Of a DNA stretch of 64,000 nucleotides, positions 47,946-57,250 are shown one piece after another. Both the position numbers and the translations under genes were made by a program. Position 1 is the first letter of the stretch, and each line of letters begins with the position of its first letter. Origin of the DNA: Sumerlaeia bacterium (GTDB lineage: Bacteria; Sumerlaeota; Sumerlaeia; SLMS01; JAHLLQ01); the NCBI GenBank assembly GCA_040219255.1, contig JAVJSW010000004.1:1-64000 (forward strand). Reading direction: 5' to 3'. The notes below the pieces were generated by a model, which searched no databases, was not told the origin of the DNA, and saw only the letters and a list, made by a program, of their open reading frames with translations.

Positions 47946-49031
47946 TTAGAACTGGGTCAAGAATCGCAGGTCGTTTTCGTAAAGCAATCGAATGTCTTTG
48001 ATGCCATACTTCAGCATCGCGATGCGGTCAATGCCCAGGCCGAAGGCAAAGCCGGTCCATTCCTCGGGATCGATGCCGCAATTCTTCAGCACGTTCGGGT
48101 GGATCATGCCGCAGCCCAGGATTTCCATCCATTGCATGTCCGGGTCGCCGACCTTGGCGGCGCCGCCCTTTTCGCGGTTCCAGCCGATGTCCACCTCGGC
48201 GCTCGGTTCGGTGAAGGGGAAGAACGACGGGCGGAACTGCACGGCCGTGTCCGGGCCGTAGAGCGCGTGGACGAACTCCATCAGGACGCCCTTGAGGTGC
48301 GCCATCGAGACATTGCGATCGACCAGGAACCCTTCCATCTGCATGAACATGGGCGAGTGCGTCGGGTCGCTGTCGCAGCGATAGACGCGGCCCGTGCTGA
48401 TGACCGCCATGGGGGGCTTGCCGGTCATCATGGTGCGGATCTGATTGCCCGACGTATGCGTCCGCAGCACCCGGCCGCGGTCGGTAAAGAACGTGTCCTG
48501 CATATCGCGGGCGGGGTGATCGGAGGCGATGTTCAGCGCGTCGAAATTGACCCACTCGCTCTCGATTTCCGGCCCCTCGACAATGCGGAAGCCCATGTTG
48601 CGGAAGATGCCTTCGACCTGGCGCCGGGTTTGCAGCAGCGGGTGCATGTGCCCCAGGGGCACGGCGGCGCCGGGCATGGTGACGTCGATGGCTTCGGCGA
48701 CGAGGCGCTGCTCCAGCTCTTTGGCTTCCAGTTCCTCGCGCCGTTCTTTTTCCAGGCGGATGATCTGGGCCTTGTGCTGGTTCAGGATCTTGCCCGCGAT
48801 GGGGATTTCCTGCTGCGGCAGCTCCTTGAAGCGCCGGTTCATGTCCGCCAGCTTGCCCTTCTTGCCGAGCCATTCGATGCGGGCTTCGTCGAGCGCTTTC
48901 ATGTCGTCGGCGCTGGCGAAGTCGGCCTGGGCCAGGGGCGTCAACTTCTTGAAATCGGCCATAAGGGCCTGGAGCCCGGGCGAGGCGTCCGTAGGCGCGG
49001 CGGGGGATTCGGTCTGGGTCGTGTCGGCCAT
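47946..49031 (-). CDS. pheS: Phenylalanine--tRNA ligase alpha subunit
   Basis: NFDALNI..DHPARDMQDTF, LRTHTS, GRVYR.D, FPFTEPSAEVD, GCGM and GFAFGLG. Confidence 0.97.
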   Translation of the reverse strand: MADTTQTESPAAPTDASPGLQALMADFKKLTPLAQADFASADDMKALDEARIEWLGKKGKLADMNRRFKELPQQEIPIAGKILNQHKAQIIRLEKERREELEAKELEQRLVAEAIDVTMPGAAVPLGHMHPLLQTRRQVEGIFRNMGFRIVEGPEIESEWVNFDALNIASDHPARDMQDTFFTDRGRVLRTHTSGNQIRTMMTGKPPMAVISTGRVYRCDSDPTHSPMFMQMEGFLVDRNVSMAHLKGVLMEFVHALYGPDTAVQFRPSFFPFTEPSAEVDIGWNREKGGAAKVGDPDMQWMEILGCGMIHPNVLKNCGIDPEEWTGFAFGLGIDRIAMLKYGIKDIRLLYENDLRFLTQF

Positions 49032-49304
49032 GGGTTCGGCGGTCACTCGGCGGGATTCAAGGATGGAGGCCGGAGTAAAAACAGGCCTGGTGCCCGCGCC
49101 AGCGGGGGCTGGCGAAGGCTTCGCCACTGTTCGGTTTCCGCCCCGAGGCCGTCAAAGGATTTCTCCCGCGCGCGATTGGCGGCTCTAGGACGGAGACGGT
49201 CCGCGCTTCGGCCTTGCCAAGGGGCGGCGGCGGCGATCATGAATAATATGCGGCTTTAGTTGCCGCGGAATGCCCCCAGCGGACTCGCCCTCGCCCCACC
49301 ACCC

Positions 49305-50603
49305 GTGCGCCTCGCTTTTCATTTACTGATTCTTCTCGCCTTCCTCGCGTTTGGCCTTCCCGCCCACGCCGAGTTCGGCGCCCGCGTGCCGGATTTCGAC
49401 CGCGACGCCCTCCAAATCCTCCCCCGCGGACGCACCGGCGCCCGCCTCGACCTGAATAACGACGGATTCAAGGACATCGTCTATATTTCGGAAAACGGCA
49501 ACATCCGTCAGATCGCCGACCTGGACATCTATAAACCCGATTTCCTGATCCAGCCCGGCGTGCCCCTGCTGCTGGTCGAGCGAGCCTCCCCCAGCATCGC
49601 CGCCGCCGACATGGATGGCGATGGCGACGAGGACATTGTCTTTGCCGGCGCCGACCCGAGCGGCGAGCGATTCGCCCTGCGGTGGCTGATCAACGATGGG
49701 CGCCCCAATCCCGACTTCAGCGTCCGCGTTCTTTTCGACATCGGTTTGCCCATCGAATTCGCCGTCGCGGATTTCGACAAATCGGGCACGATGGATGTCC
49801 TGACCCAGGCCGAAGGGCGATTCGACCTGCTGCTCAACGAGGGATTCACCCAGGGCGATAGCGCCCCCGATTTCCGGCGCCTCTTTCAACGCAACATCCC
49901 CCGGCCCTCGCGCATTCTCGGCACCGGCGATTTCAATGGAGACAGTTGGCTGGACGTCTTTCTCGTCACCGGCGCGGGCCAATTGGAGATCGCCTACTAC
50001 CTGCCCAACTCCGATCCGCCAACGCTGACCATCAAGACTCCCGCGCCGCTCCTGACCGAGTTCCCGCTGCCAACCCTCCCCCGCTCCTGGGCCACGGCGG
50101 ACTTCAACGGCGATGGGCACCTCGATCTTCTGGTCAGCGTCCCCGAAGTCGGCGCCTTCTGGATCGAGAACGACGGCGGCGATCCGCCGGCCTACACCCT
50201 GAACGAGATCCCCATCCTGGCGGCGGGCGACCCCGAGTCCTGCGCCACCGGCGACATCGACGGCGACGGCCAGCCCGACACGCTCTTCGTTTTTCCCAGC
50301 GGCCAACTCCTCTGCCTGCTGAACAACAACGGCGGCGCCACCTGGACCCAATGCGAGGCCGAGGACCCGGACGAACGCTTTGGCGGCGAGGATCTCTTCG
50401 TGATGCTCGAAGACCTCGATGGCGACGGACGCGACGAACCCATCGCCTTCAGCGATTTCTTCGCCCGCTATTTCCAGGAAACCCCCGGCTACGTCGCGGG
50501 CTTTATCACCGACCGCATTTACGCCGGCGACGACCTGCGCGACTTCAACAATGACGATATCGTGGACGTGGCCGACGGCATCGCACTGTTCCTCGAGAAT
50601 TAG
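49305..50603 (+). CDS. Secreted FG-GAP/VCBS repeat protein with C-terminal dockerin-like motif
   Basis: Signal peptide; repeated D[FLM][ND]GDG..D motifs; ends DFNNDDIVDVADGIAL. Confidence 0.85.
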   Translation: MRLAFHLLILLAFLAFGLPAHAEFGARVPDFDRDALQILPRGRTGARLDLNNDGFKDIVYISENGNIRQIADLDIYKPDFLIQPGVPLLLVERASPSIAAADMDGDGDEDIVFAGADPSGERFALRWLINDGRPNPDFSVRVLFDIGLPIEFAVADFDKSGTMDVLTQAEGRFDLLLNEGFTQGDSAPDFRRLFQRNIPRPSRILGTGDFNGDSWLDVFLVTGAGQLEIAYYLPNSDPPTLTIKTPAPLLTEFPLPTLPRSWATADFNGDGHLDLLVSVPEVGAFWIENDGGDPPAYTLNEIPILAAGDPESCATGDIDGDGQPDTLFVFPSGQLLCLLNNNGGATWTQCEAEDPDERFGGEDLFVMLEDLDGDGRDEPIAFSDFFARYFQETPGYVAGFITDRIYAGDDLRDFNNDDIVDVADGIALFLEN

Positions 50604-50628
50604 GTTTTACGGCGTCTCCGGTATTTTC

Positions 50629-50784
50629 TTAACCACAGAGAACACAGCGGCCAGAGGGTTCACAGAGTTTTGATTTTCATGCCTTGCCCCCGCCCAAGAA
50701 TTGTAATTCCATTACTTTTTCGCAAAATCAATCCATAGTGACCAAACACAAAAATCTCTGCGTCCTCTGTGTCTCTGTGGTGAA
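50629..50784. repeat. MITE-like inverted-repeat element with AT-rich core
   Basis: Left end TTAACCACAGAGAACACAG...CACAGAGTTTT; right end reverse complement TTCACCACAGAGACACAGAGGACGCAGAGATTTT. Confidence 0.75.
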
Positions 50785-50796
50785 TTCAATCAAGAA

Positions 50797-52176
50797 TCAA
50801 GGCTGACCCCCCGCCGCCCCCTTCGCGTCCTCCCGCATCGCCTTCGCCGCCTCGCGGGCAGTCGGCAGCAGTGGCTCGAACCCCGGATGACGATCCACGA
50901 GGCGCTGGCGGATGGCGTCGGCTTGCTGATAGGCGCCGGCCTTGGCCAATTCCTGAAAGCCGATCAATTGGGCGTTCAGCAGCATCGGCCGCACCTCGGC
51001 GATCAGCAACCCCAGCCGCGCCCGCAGACGCGGGTCCTCGGCGTAGGGACCGGTGCGCGTCGCCATATCCACCTCGAGCACGATGGGCGCCGCGGGGAAG
51101 CGGGTCAGCAGGTAGGCGATGTCCTCGTTCATGGCGGGCAGGTTCCCGAGCTGGGAATTGAGCGCGAGGCGCTGGACCCGGAAGGCGGGCACGTCCGGCC
51201 ATTCCTTCACGATTTGATCCATGCTTTCCAGGGCCCGCGCCGGGTCGGGTTCGGTGCGCGCCAGCAGCGCCCGCCCCGGGGCGTATTCCGGATTGTCGAT
51301 CACCGCTCGCCGCGCGATGCGCCGCAGAATTTCCCTCTCGGGATAGGTTTCGTCCAACAGAATCCGCAGGGCGCCATACACCGCCACCGGCGGCTCGCCA
51401 ACCCGCGAAATGCTGTACTCGCCGCCTTCCGGCAAGGCCAGCAGCCGGTCGATAAATCCGGTGCGAGCCACGTCCTGCATCGTGATGTCCTGACCCGGGG
51501 CAAGCTTGCCTGCCGCCACCGCGAGGTCGATGGCTTCGCCGAGTTCCGCGAGCCGCTCCTGCACCAGCCGCGCGCGCTGCATCGGTTCGCTGTTCAGCAT
51601 CCGCACCGTGTAGGAGCGCGTTTCGGCCTCGCCCTTGAGCAGCGGCGGCGCCGTCGGGCTGGCCAGGACGATGTTCCATAACTCGCCCACGTTCAGGCTC
51701 CCGCGCGCCACCCGGCCCCGATACAGCTCGGCGCTGCGGAGCTGATTCAGCGCGCTCTGGACGATATCCGTCGCCCCGCCGGTGGACGTCGTGAAGCGCC
51801 GGCCCTTGGGCGACCACACGTACCGCACGCCGTCGGGCAGTACGGGAGGCGCCTGCGCGAGGTAACCGCCCTCGACCAAGGCTTCCACCTCGGGAACGAT
51901 GGTGTCCGGATTGTCCCGCAAATAAGCCCGGGCGGCGCGGCTCATGCGGATCAACGCCGCCCGCACCTGCCCCACCGCGTCGTCCTCCGCCGGAGCCGGC
52001 GGATCGATGTACAACCCCGGCAGCCCATACCCCTGCTCGTACGCGAGGATCCAATGCCGCTCGATGCGCTCGATGGTGGAGGTGGTGGGGAGATCGTCGG
52101 CGGGGGTTTGGGCGGGGGCGGGGCGGGTGAGGGCGGACGCGATTAGCACAAGTAGTAAGATGAAAAGGACTCTCAT
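50797..52176 (-). CDS. Secreted hypothetical protein with two pilin-head-like modules and a TPR-like C-terminus
   Basis: Signal peptide; LVEGGYL..PP.LPDG.RY and VARTGFI....LPEGGEYSISRVGEPP. Confidence 0.7.
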   Translation of the reverse strand: MRVLFILLLVLIASALTRPAPAQTPADDLPTTSTIERIERHWILAYEQGYGLPGLYIDPPAPAEDDAVGQVRAALIRMSRAARAYLRDNPDTIVPEVEALVEGGYLAQAPPVLPDGVRYVWSPKGRRFTTSTGGATDIVQSALNQLRSAELYRGRVARGSLNVGELWNIVLASPTAPPLLKGEAETRSYTVRMLNSEPMQRARLVQERLAELGEAIDLAVAAGKLAPGQDITMQDVARTGFIDRLLALPEGGEYSISRVGEPPVAVYGALRILLDETYPEREILRRIARRAVIDNPEYAPGRALLARTEPDPARALESMDQIVKEWPDVPAFRVQRLALNSQLGNLPAMNEDIAYLLTRFPAAPIVLEVDMATRTGPYAEDPRLRARLGLLIAEVRPMLLNAQLIGFQELAKAGAYQQADAIRQRLVDRHPGFEPLLPTAREAAKAMREDAKGAAGGQP

Positions 52177-52193
52177 ACGGCAACTTTCAAATG

Positions 52194-52967
52194 TTAGGGA
52201 CTATTTCGCCTAAGAATGGCATTCGCAAGCCAATTAGGTCTGCGCCAAATCTCCAGGCAAATGAGAATCGCGCAAGCCAAATACACGTACTCTTTCATTA
52301 AAACCATATTCTCTATATTAAATCTCGGTTCAAATAGCCTGTAGAGCGAACCTAGAACAAAATACTGAAAGAAGTACCAGGCCATATTGGCCACAAAAAA
52401 CAAGGACATAAAATGAACCATGGCTCTCGCCACTGATTTGCTAGCCATGGCGAGCTGAAGGCCTAACCACTGCATGAAGGCAAAAAGAAAAACCTGAAAA
52501 ACGACTCGATGTACGCCCTGAATATTCGGCATCTCCCACAGATCACCCAAATTGAATTTGTAATTCCCTGACTGGAAGTGCTCGATGACAAAGCTCAAGT
52601 AGCTCAGCAAGGGGGCAGAGAAAAGACAGTAAGTCCACATGATCTTTCCCGAAAGCTCACGGACACCTGGTGAATCGTCATGCCAAAACCTTTGGAGTCT
52701 AGCGGAGGCCAAGGGAATGAATAATACAAAGAAGGCAGCATTTTCGTTAATCAGATAGACCAGTGCCATCGCAGCCGCCCAAGTTGCACTGCCCTGCATG
52801 CCGAGCCCTGTCCGATAAAATATCCAATAGAGCAGATATCCAATGCCAATATTTATGTAGTACGCCAAGAACACACACCCACCGGCAAGCAGCCACACCC
52901 GCCGCCCAAACACATACCGCATCATCCGCAGCCGTTCTAGGAAGCTCTCGAACCAGGAACCCATCAT
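52194..52967 (-). CDS. Hypothetical multi-TM protein (AT-rich), paralog B
   Basis: About 6 TM helices; ERLRMMRYVFGRRVWL leader; ATGA overlap with the upstream paralog. Confidence 0.75.
   Translation of the reverse strand: MMGSWFESFLERLRMMRYVFGRRVWLLAGGCVFLAYYINIGIGYLLYWIFYRTGLGMQGSATWAAAMALVYLINENAAFFVLFIPLASARLQRFWHDDSPGVRELSGKIMWTYCLFSAPLLSYLSFVIEHFQSGNYKFNLGDLWEMPNIQGVHRVVFQVFLFAFMQWLGLQLAMASKSVARAMVHFMSLFFVANMAWYFFQYFVLGSLYRLFEPRFNIENMVLMKEYVYLACAILICLEIWRRPNWLANAILRRNSP
52890..52934. repeat. 45-bp direct repeat, copy 1
   Basis: CAGCCACACCCGCCGCCCAAACACATACCGCATCATCCGCAGCCG; 44/45 identical to 53675-53719. Confidence 0.92.
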
Positions 52968-53761
52968 GGCAGAGGCTCCTTCTTGCACGTTGAGTCCAAG
53001 CGGCTAAGCATCGCGAAAATGCTATCGGGCTTCTTGACCAGGAAAACGGCGAGGCCGAGGATATATAAGAAGTCAAGGCAACGGAGGGTGTGATAGAAGT
53101 ACTCGCGATAGCATTTGCCGGAGACGGCGTCACGGATTGGCTGGGAGATCAACTCATAAGAAGCTACGTCAATAACATAAAAAATAAATATTATAGTAAT
53201 AAAGCCTCCTGTTGCATCAACCCACTTGGGAATGAACATAAAGCATCTTAAGGCCACAAATTGAGCGGCAAAGAAATACACATAACAGCCAAGAACGGTG
53301 GGGATCATGCCTTGCTCAAGAAGCAGCTGGACACTTAGGAGGCACCGAGAAGGCACATCGTTCGGCCTCAACCAAAACAATGTCCCGCATGCCAAAGCTG
53401 CTAAAACAGAAAAGGCTAGAGTTGCCGCATGAATGATTTGATCGGCGTGTGCTGTCAGACCGATCGAAAGCTTTCGCACGCGCCTGCTTGCCACGTAAGC
53501 CACTATGATCGCGGGAAGCGTTAGCTCATTAATGATTAAACTCAAGTATCCGACAAAATACTGAAGAAACCAGTGAAAAGACCAAGTCGAAAAATCCTGT
53601 GTCATGAAACTGAATGAATAGTCTGTCATCTTGTACGCCGGCCAATAACTCACCGCCCACGCACCCAGCACCACCAGCCACACCCGCCGCCCAAACAGAT
53701 ACCGCATCATCCGCAGCCGCTCCCCTGCGGTGTCCCAGAGCTTGGCGAGTGGCTTGGGCAT
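52964..53761 (-). CDS. Hypothetical multi-TM protein (AT-rich), paralog A
   Basis: About 6 TM helices; ERLRMMRYLFGRRVWL leader; LIINE matches YLINE in paralog B. Confidence 0.75.
   Translation of the reverse strand: MPKPLAKLWDTAGERLRMMRYLFGRRVWLVVLGAWAVSYWPAYKMTDYSFSFMTQDFSTWSFHWFLQYFVGYLSLIINELTLPAIIVAYVASRRVRKLSIGLTAHADQIIHAATLAFSVLAALACGTLFWLRPNDVPSRCLLSVQLLLEQGMIPTVLGCYVYFFAAQFVALRCFMFIPKWVDATGGFITIIFIFYVIDVASYELISQPIRDAVSGKCYREYFYHTLRCLDFLYILGLAVFLVKKPDSIFAMLSRLDSTCKKEPLP
53675..53719. repeat. 45-bp direct repeat, copy 2
   Basis: CAGCCACACCCGCCGCCCAAACAGATACCGCATCATCCGCAGCCG. Confidence 0.92.
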
Positions 53762-53777
53762 CGGCTCCGGTCCTTTC

Positions 53778-55466
53778 TTAGCGAACCGCCATCGGCGGCG
53801 GGGGCGGCGCGGCGGCTCCGTCCACGGTCTTGAAGGGCGTTTCGAGCCGTTCGTCGGGGACGCTCTTGTCCGGCGCGCGGCGCCAGGCCACGCCGATCAG
53901 CACCACCGGCAGCAGCAGCGACAGCACGGCCCGCAGGCCCCACCACGCGCCCGCCCGCTCGAATACCTGACCCGTCCAGAACGCCCCGAGATAGACGAAC
54001 TGGGGCACCGCCAAGTCCGTCGTCAGGGTCGCGTTTTGCAGGACCTCGTGCGGGTTGCCCTGGGGGATTTGCGGGTCCAGGATCGAGAGCGGCATCGTCA
54101 GCAGTACGCCCACCGTCCCGGCCACGCAGACGGCGGCGAAGAGCCACCGGGGGCGGTCGCGGCGGCACAACTCGGCCAGCCCCAGCGGCACCACGGCCCA
54201 GATCGGCAGCAGTAGTCTCGGCCCCATCGTCCATCCCGCCCACCACATGTAGTAGCACGCGTTGAACAGCAGGTAACTGACGAAAACCCAGAGCCCCAGC
54301 CACCCGACGAGGCGCCGGCGCCCGGCGCTGCGCACGCCCATCACCAATCCCGCCACCGCCAGCGCCATCACCGGCGTCCAGAAAAACAGCCCGCGGAACG
54401 GATGGAGCGTCAGGAACCAGAGCGCGTGGGCCTTTGGCGGCAGGGTCGCGCCCATCACGCCGGCGGCCATGCCCTCGCGGAAAATCGGGTCCGCCTCGTA
54501 CTCATAGGGAATCGTTGGCGAGCCAAAGATGGCGATGGAGTACGCGGCGAAAAGCGCCAGCGGGATGGCTCCGGCGATGGCCCCCGCCGCCGCGATGCCC
54601 ACCGCCCCGCGCCACCGCGTACGGTCGCCGGACATGTCGGCAAAGGCCCGCAGCCCCCAGAGCCCCACCTGGTCCTGGAGCCGCAGCAAGAACACCGCGA
54701 TCAATCCCCAGACCACGAAGACGAACAGAAGGTCGCTGAGCAACGCCACGCCGCAGAGCCCTCCGATGGCGATGCTGTTGCGCGCCGTCAGGCGCCGCGC
54801 GGGTGGGTACAGCAGCAGATACAATGCCCCCAACGCCGCCGCCACCCCCGGCGCGTAGGGCATGAAGATGGTAGCGTAGCCAAAGAAAATCGACCCGAAG
54901 ACCGCGAACCCCACCGCCAGCAGCGCGCGCCTCGGCGCCGCCCCGAGGCGCACGCTGAGGAGCCAGAGCAGGCTCGCCGCCAGAGCCGCCGGGGCGGAAA
55001 CGGCAAACACGCGCAGGACATAGTTCGCCTGCTGAAAGGTCGGCTCGGCCCCGCCCGCCACGGCCCAGAGGCCCTTCATTCCCCAATAAAAGGGCAGGGC
55101 CAAAAGTGACACACCGAAGATTTTATCGCTGTAGTAATGACCCTCATAGAACGCCTTGTCGCCGGTGGCGTAGGGTTCCAGATCGTGATAGTCGTCGATG
55201 GTCAGCGTCCCCTGATCCGCAACGGCGAAAACCAGCACGAGCCGCGTGTTCACGTTGTATCCGGTGTTCGGGTGGTGCAGACAGACGGCGGAGAGGAAAA
55301 CGGCGGCGAAGAGGAGCCAGAACGTTGCGGTAAAGCCTTTGCCGTCTCGCGGGACTTCTGGGGATGAGCTTTTTGCCAAGGGTCGGGCTCCGGGCCGGTG
55401 GGAATCTGCGCGTTGCGGGAGCGAAACCCTGCGAAGTTGGCACGACTGAGGCAACCGGAACTCCAT
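53778..55466 (-). CDS. Multi-TM GT-C-like membrane glycosyltransferase (uncharacterised)
   Basis: N.NTR..LV.A..DQGTL.ID, D.A..EGHYYSDK..G.S, RGLFFWTP and WW.GW..GPR.L.P; start codon uncertain. Confidence 0.7.
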   Translation of the reverse strand: MEFRLPQSCQLRRVSLPQRADSHRPGARPLAKSSSPEVPRDGKGFTATFWLLFAAVFLSAVCLHHPNTGYNVNTRLVLVFAVADQGTLTIDDYHDLEPYATGDKAFYEGHYYSDKIFGVSLLALPFYWGMKGLWAVAGGAEPTFQQANYVLRVFAVSAPAALAASLLWLLSVRLGAAPRRALLAVGFAVFGSIFFGYATIFMPYAPGVAAALGALYLLLYPPARRLTARNSIAIGGLCGVALLSDLLFVFVVWGLIAVFLLRLQDQVGLWGLRAFADMSGDRTRWRGAVGIAAAGAIAGAIPLALFAAYSIAIFGSPTIPYEYEADPIFREGMAAGVMGATLPPKAHALWFLTLHPFRGLFFWTPVMALAVAGLVMGVRSAGRRRLVGWLGLWVFVSYLLFNACYYMWWAGWTMGPRLLLPIWAVVPLGLAELCRRDRPRWLFAAVCVAGTVGVLLTMPLSILDPQIPQGNPHEVLQNATLTTDLAVPQFVYLGAFWTGQVFERAGAWWGLRAVLSLLLPVVLIGVAWRRAPDKSVPDERLETPFKTVDGAAAPPPPPMAVR

Positions 55467-55538
55467 GTCCCTCGAAAAGGAGGGAACTTCCGGGTCCCTC
55501 CCACAAGGAACAGCGGCCCCTATTTAGAGAAACCTGCC

Positions 55539-57241
55539 ATGGGCAAACGGCTAAACTGGCGGCCCCGCATCCAGCGCGACTGCAAAGACCACCCCAATCC
55601 GCAAACCGAACACCAGCGTTGCTGGCGCGTCCCGCTGTGGAGCAAAGCCGCGGGCATCATCCTGGTGGCCGTGCTGGCGTACCAGATGGCGGCCGGGCTG
55701 GCCCTTTCCCGCGCCATCACCGCCGAAGTGCGCGACATCCATCTGTTCTACAACAACCAATTGGCGTCGGTCGCGCCCCAGGTGGCGGATTATTCCGGCA
55801 TTGAATCGACGGGCTTTTCGCGCGAAGCGCGCCAGGGCAACGGCGAAATGGTCGATTTGCTCCAGCACGTCTGGGGGCCGATGGCCGAACGCGACCCGAT
55901 GCCTTCGATTTCGCGCTTCTGGCCCGGCACGAAGGCATCTGGACCTATTTCATGGCCAGCAACTCGTCCTTCGTCGACAAACACGCCTATTTCAAGAGTC
56001 TGCCGGCGGCCCTCGCTCCCCGGGAAGTGGCGCAAAACCTCTCTCCCCGGGAGGACGTGGAATGGATGCGGGGCGATCCCATCGTCATGCAGACCCAGGT
56101 CAGCCAGCACTTCAGCGACTGGTTCAAAAAAGCCGCCGAGGCTCAGGGCTGGGACTTCAGCGATGCGCGCCTGACCTCGATCTACTGGTCGGACCGCAGC
56201 AACGATCCGGTGCCCGCCGCCATCAGCCGCACGGTGCGCGCCGTGGCCTGGGGCGTCATGTTCTTCTTCATCCCGCTGGCCGTCCTGGTGGCGTGGCGCA
56301 TCACGCGCCGGGCGCGGTACCTCAGCGACGCCGTGGATCAGCTCGCCGCGGGCAATTACAACGTGCGCGTCCCGGCCACCGGCCGCGATGAAATCGGCCG
56401 CCTGGGCCGCCAATTCAACCATATGGTCGAGGCCCTCGAAGATCGCGAGAAACTGCGCTCCGCCATTCGCGTGGCAGCCCAGTTGCAGGCCAAGCTCCTG
56501 CCCGAAGCGCCCCAGGATCTCCCGAACCTGGATATCGCCGCGGCCAATCGCATGTGCGAACGCATCGGCGGCGATTACTACGACTTCGTGCGCAAGAACG
56601 GCGACCTCTGGATCGTCGCCGGCGACATCAGCGGCCACGGCCTCGAAGCCGGCCTCCTGATGAGCGCCGCCCGAGCCAACGTCCGCCTGCTTGTCACCCT
56701 CGGTAACGATCCCCTGACGGTGCTCAAGAAGCTCAACCGCCGCCTCGTCAAGGATTTCGCTGGCGGCTACTTCCTGACGCTGGCGCTGATGAAGGTGAAC
56801 CTGCAAACCCTGGAATACGAGCACGTCTCAGCCGGGCACGAGCCCACGCTCCTGCTCTCCAACGGCGACATCCACCGCTTCCAGACCACCTGCCCGCCGC
56901 TTGGCCTGTTCAAGGAACTGCCCTGCAAACGGACCGCTGAAACGGGCCGCTTCCACAAGGGCGACCGCCTCCTGATGTCCACCGACGGTCTGCGCGAGTG
57001 CTTCAACGCCAACGAAGAGGAACTGGGACATGGCCCGATTCACGAGACGCTGCGGCGCGAAGGGGAAAACGCCAACGAGCTGACCCGCGACTTCATGGAT
57101 TTGGTGGAACGCCACCGCGACGGCTACGAATTCCAGGACGACCTGACCCTGGTGATGGTCAATATCACCGGCGAAGGCCAGGACGCACAAGCCAACCTGA
57201 TCGAGGAGGAAGCCCACGCTCTGGTTTCCGCTCCGGTCTGA
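55539..57241 (+). pseudogene. Membrane sensor + HAMP + PP2C/SpoIIE (RsbU-like) phosphatase, split by a 1-bp frameshift near 55895
   Basis: TM1 lies in the first frame; TM2, HAMP (DEIGRLGRQFNHM), GGDYYD, GDISGHG, AGH, TDGL and DDLT lie in the 55952..57241 frame; inserting one C in GACCCGAT joins them. Confidence 0.8.
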
Positions 57242-57250
57242 CGCCCTGCC

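Noticed and set aside
52890-53719. 45-bp repeat pair as a DGR template/variable repeat or as CRISPR repeats
   Set aside because: Only two copies 785 bp apart, both in coding sequence; the single mismatch is C/G rather than adenine-specific; no reverse transcriptase or cas genes
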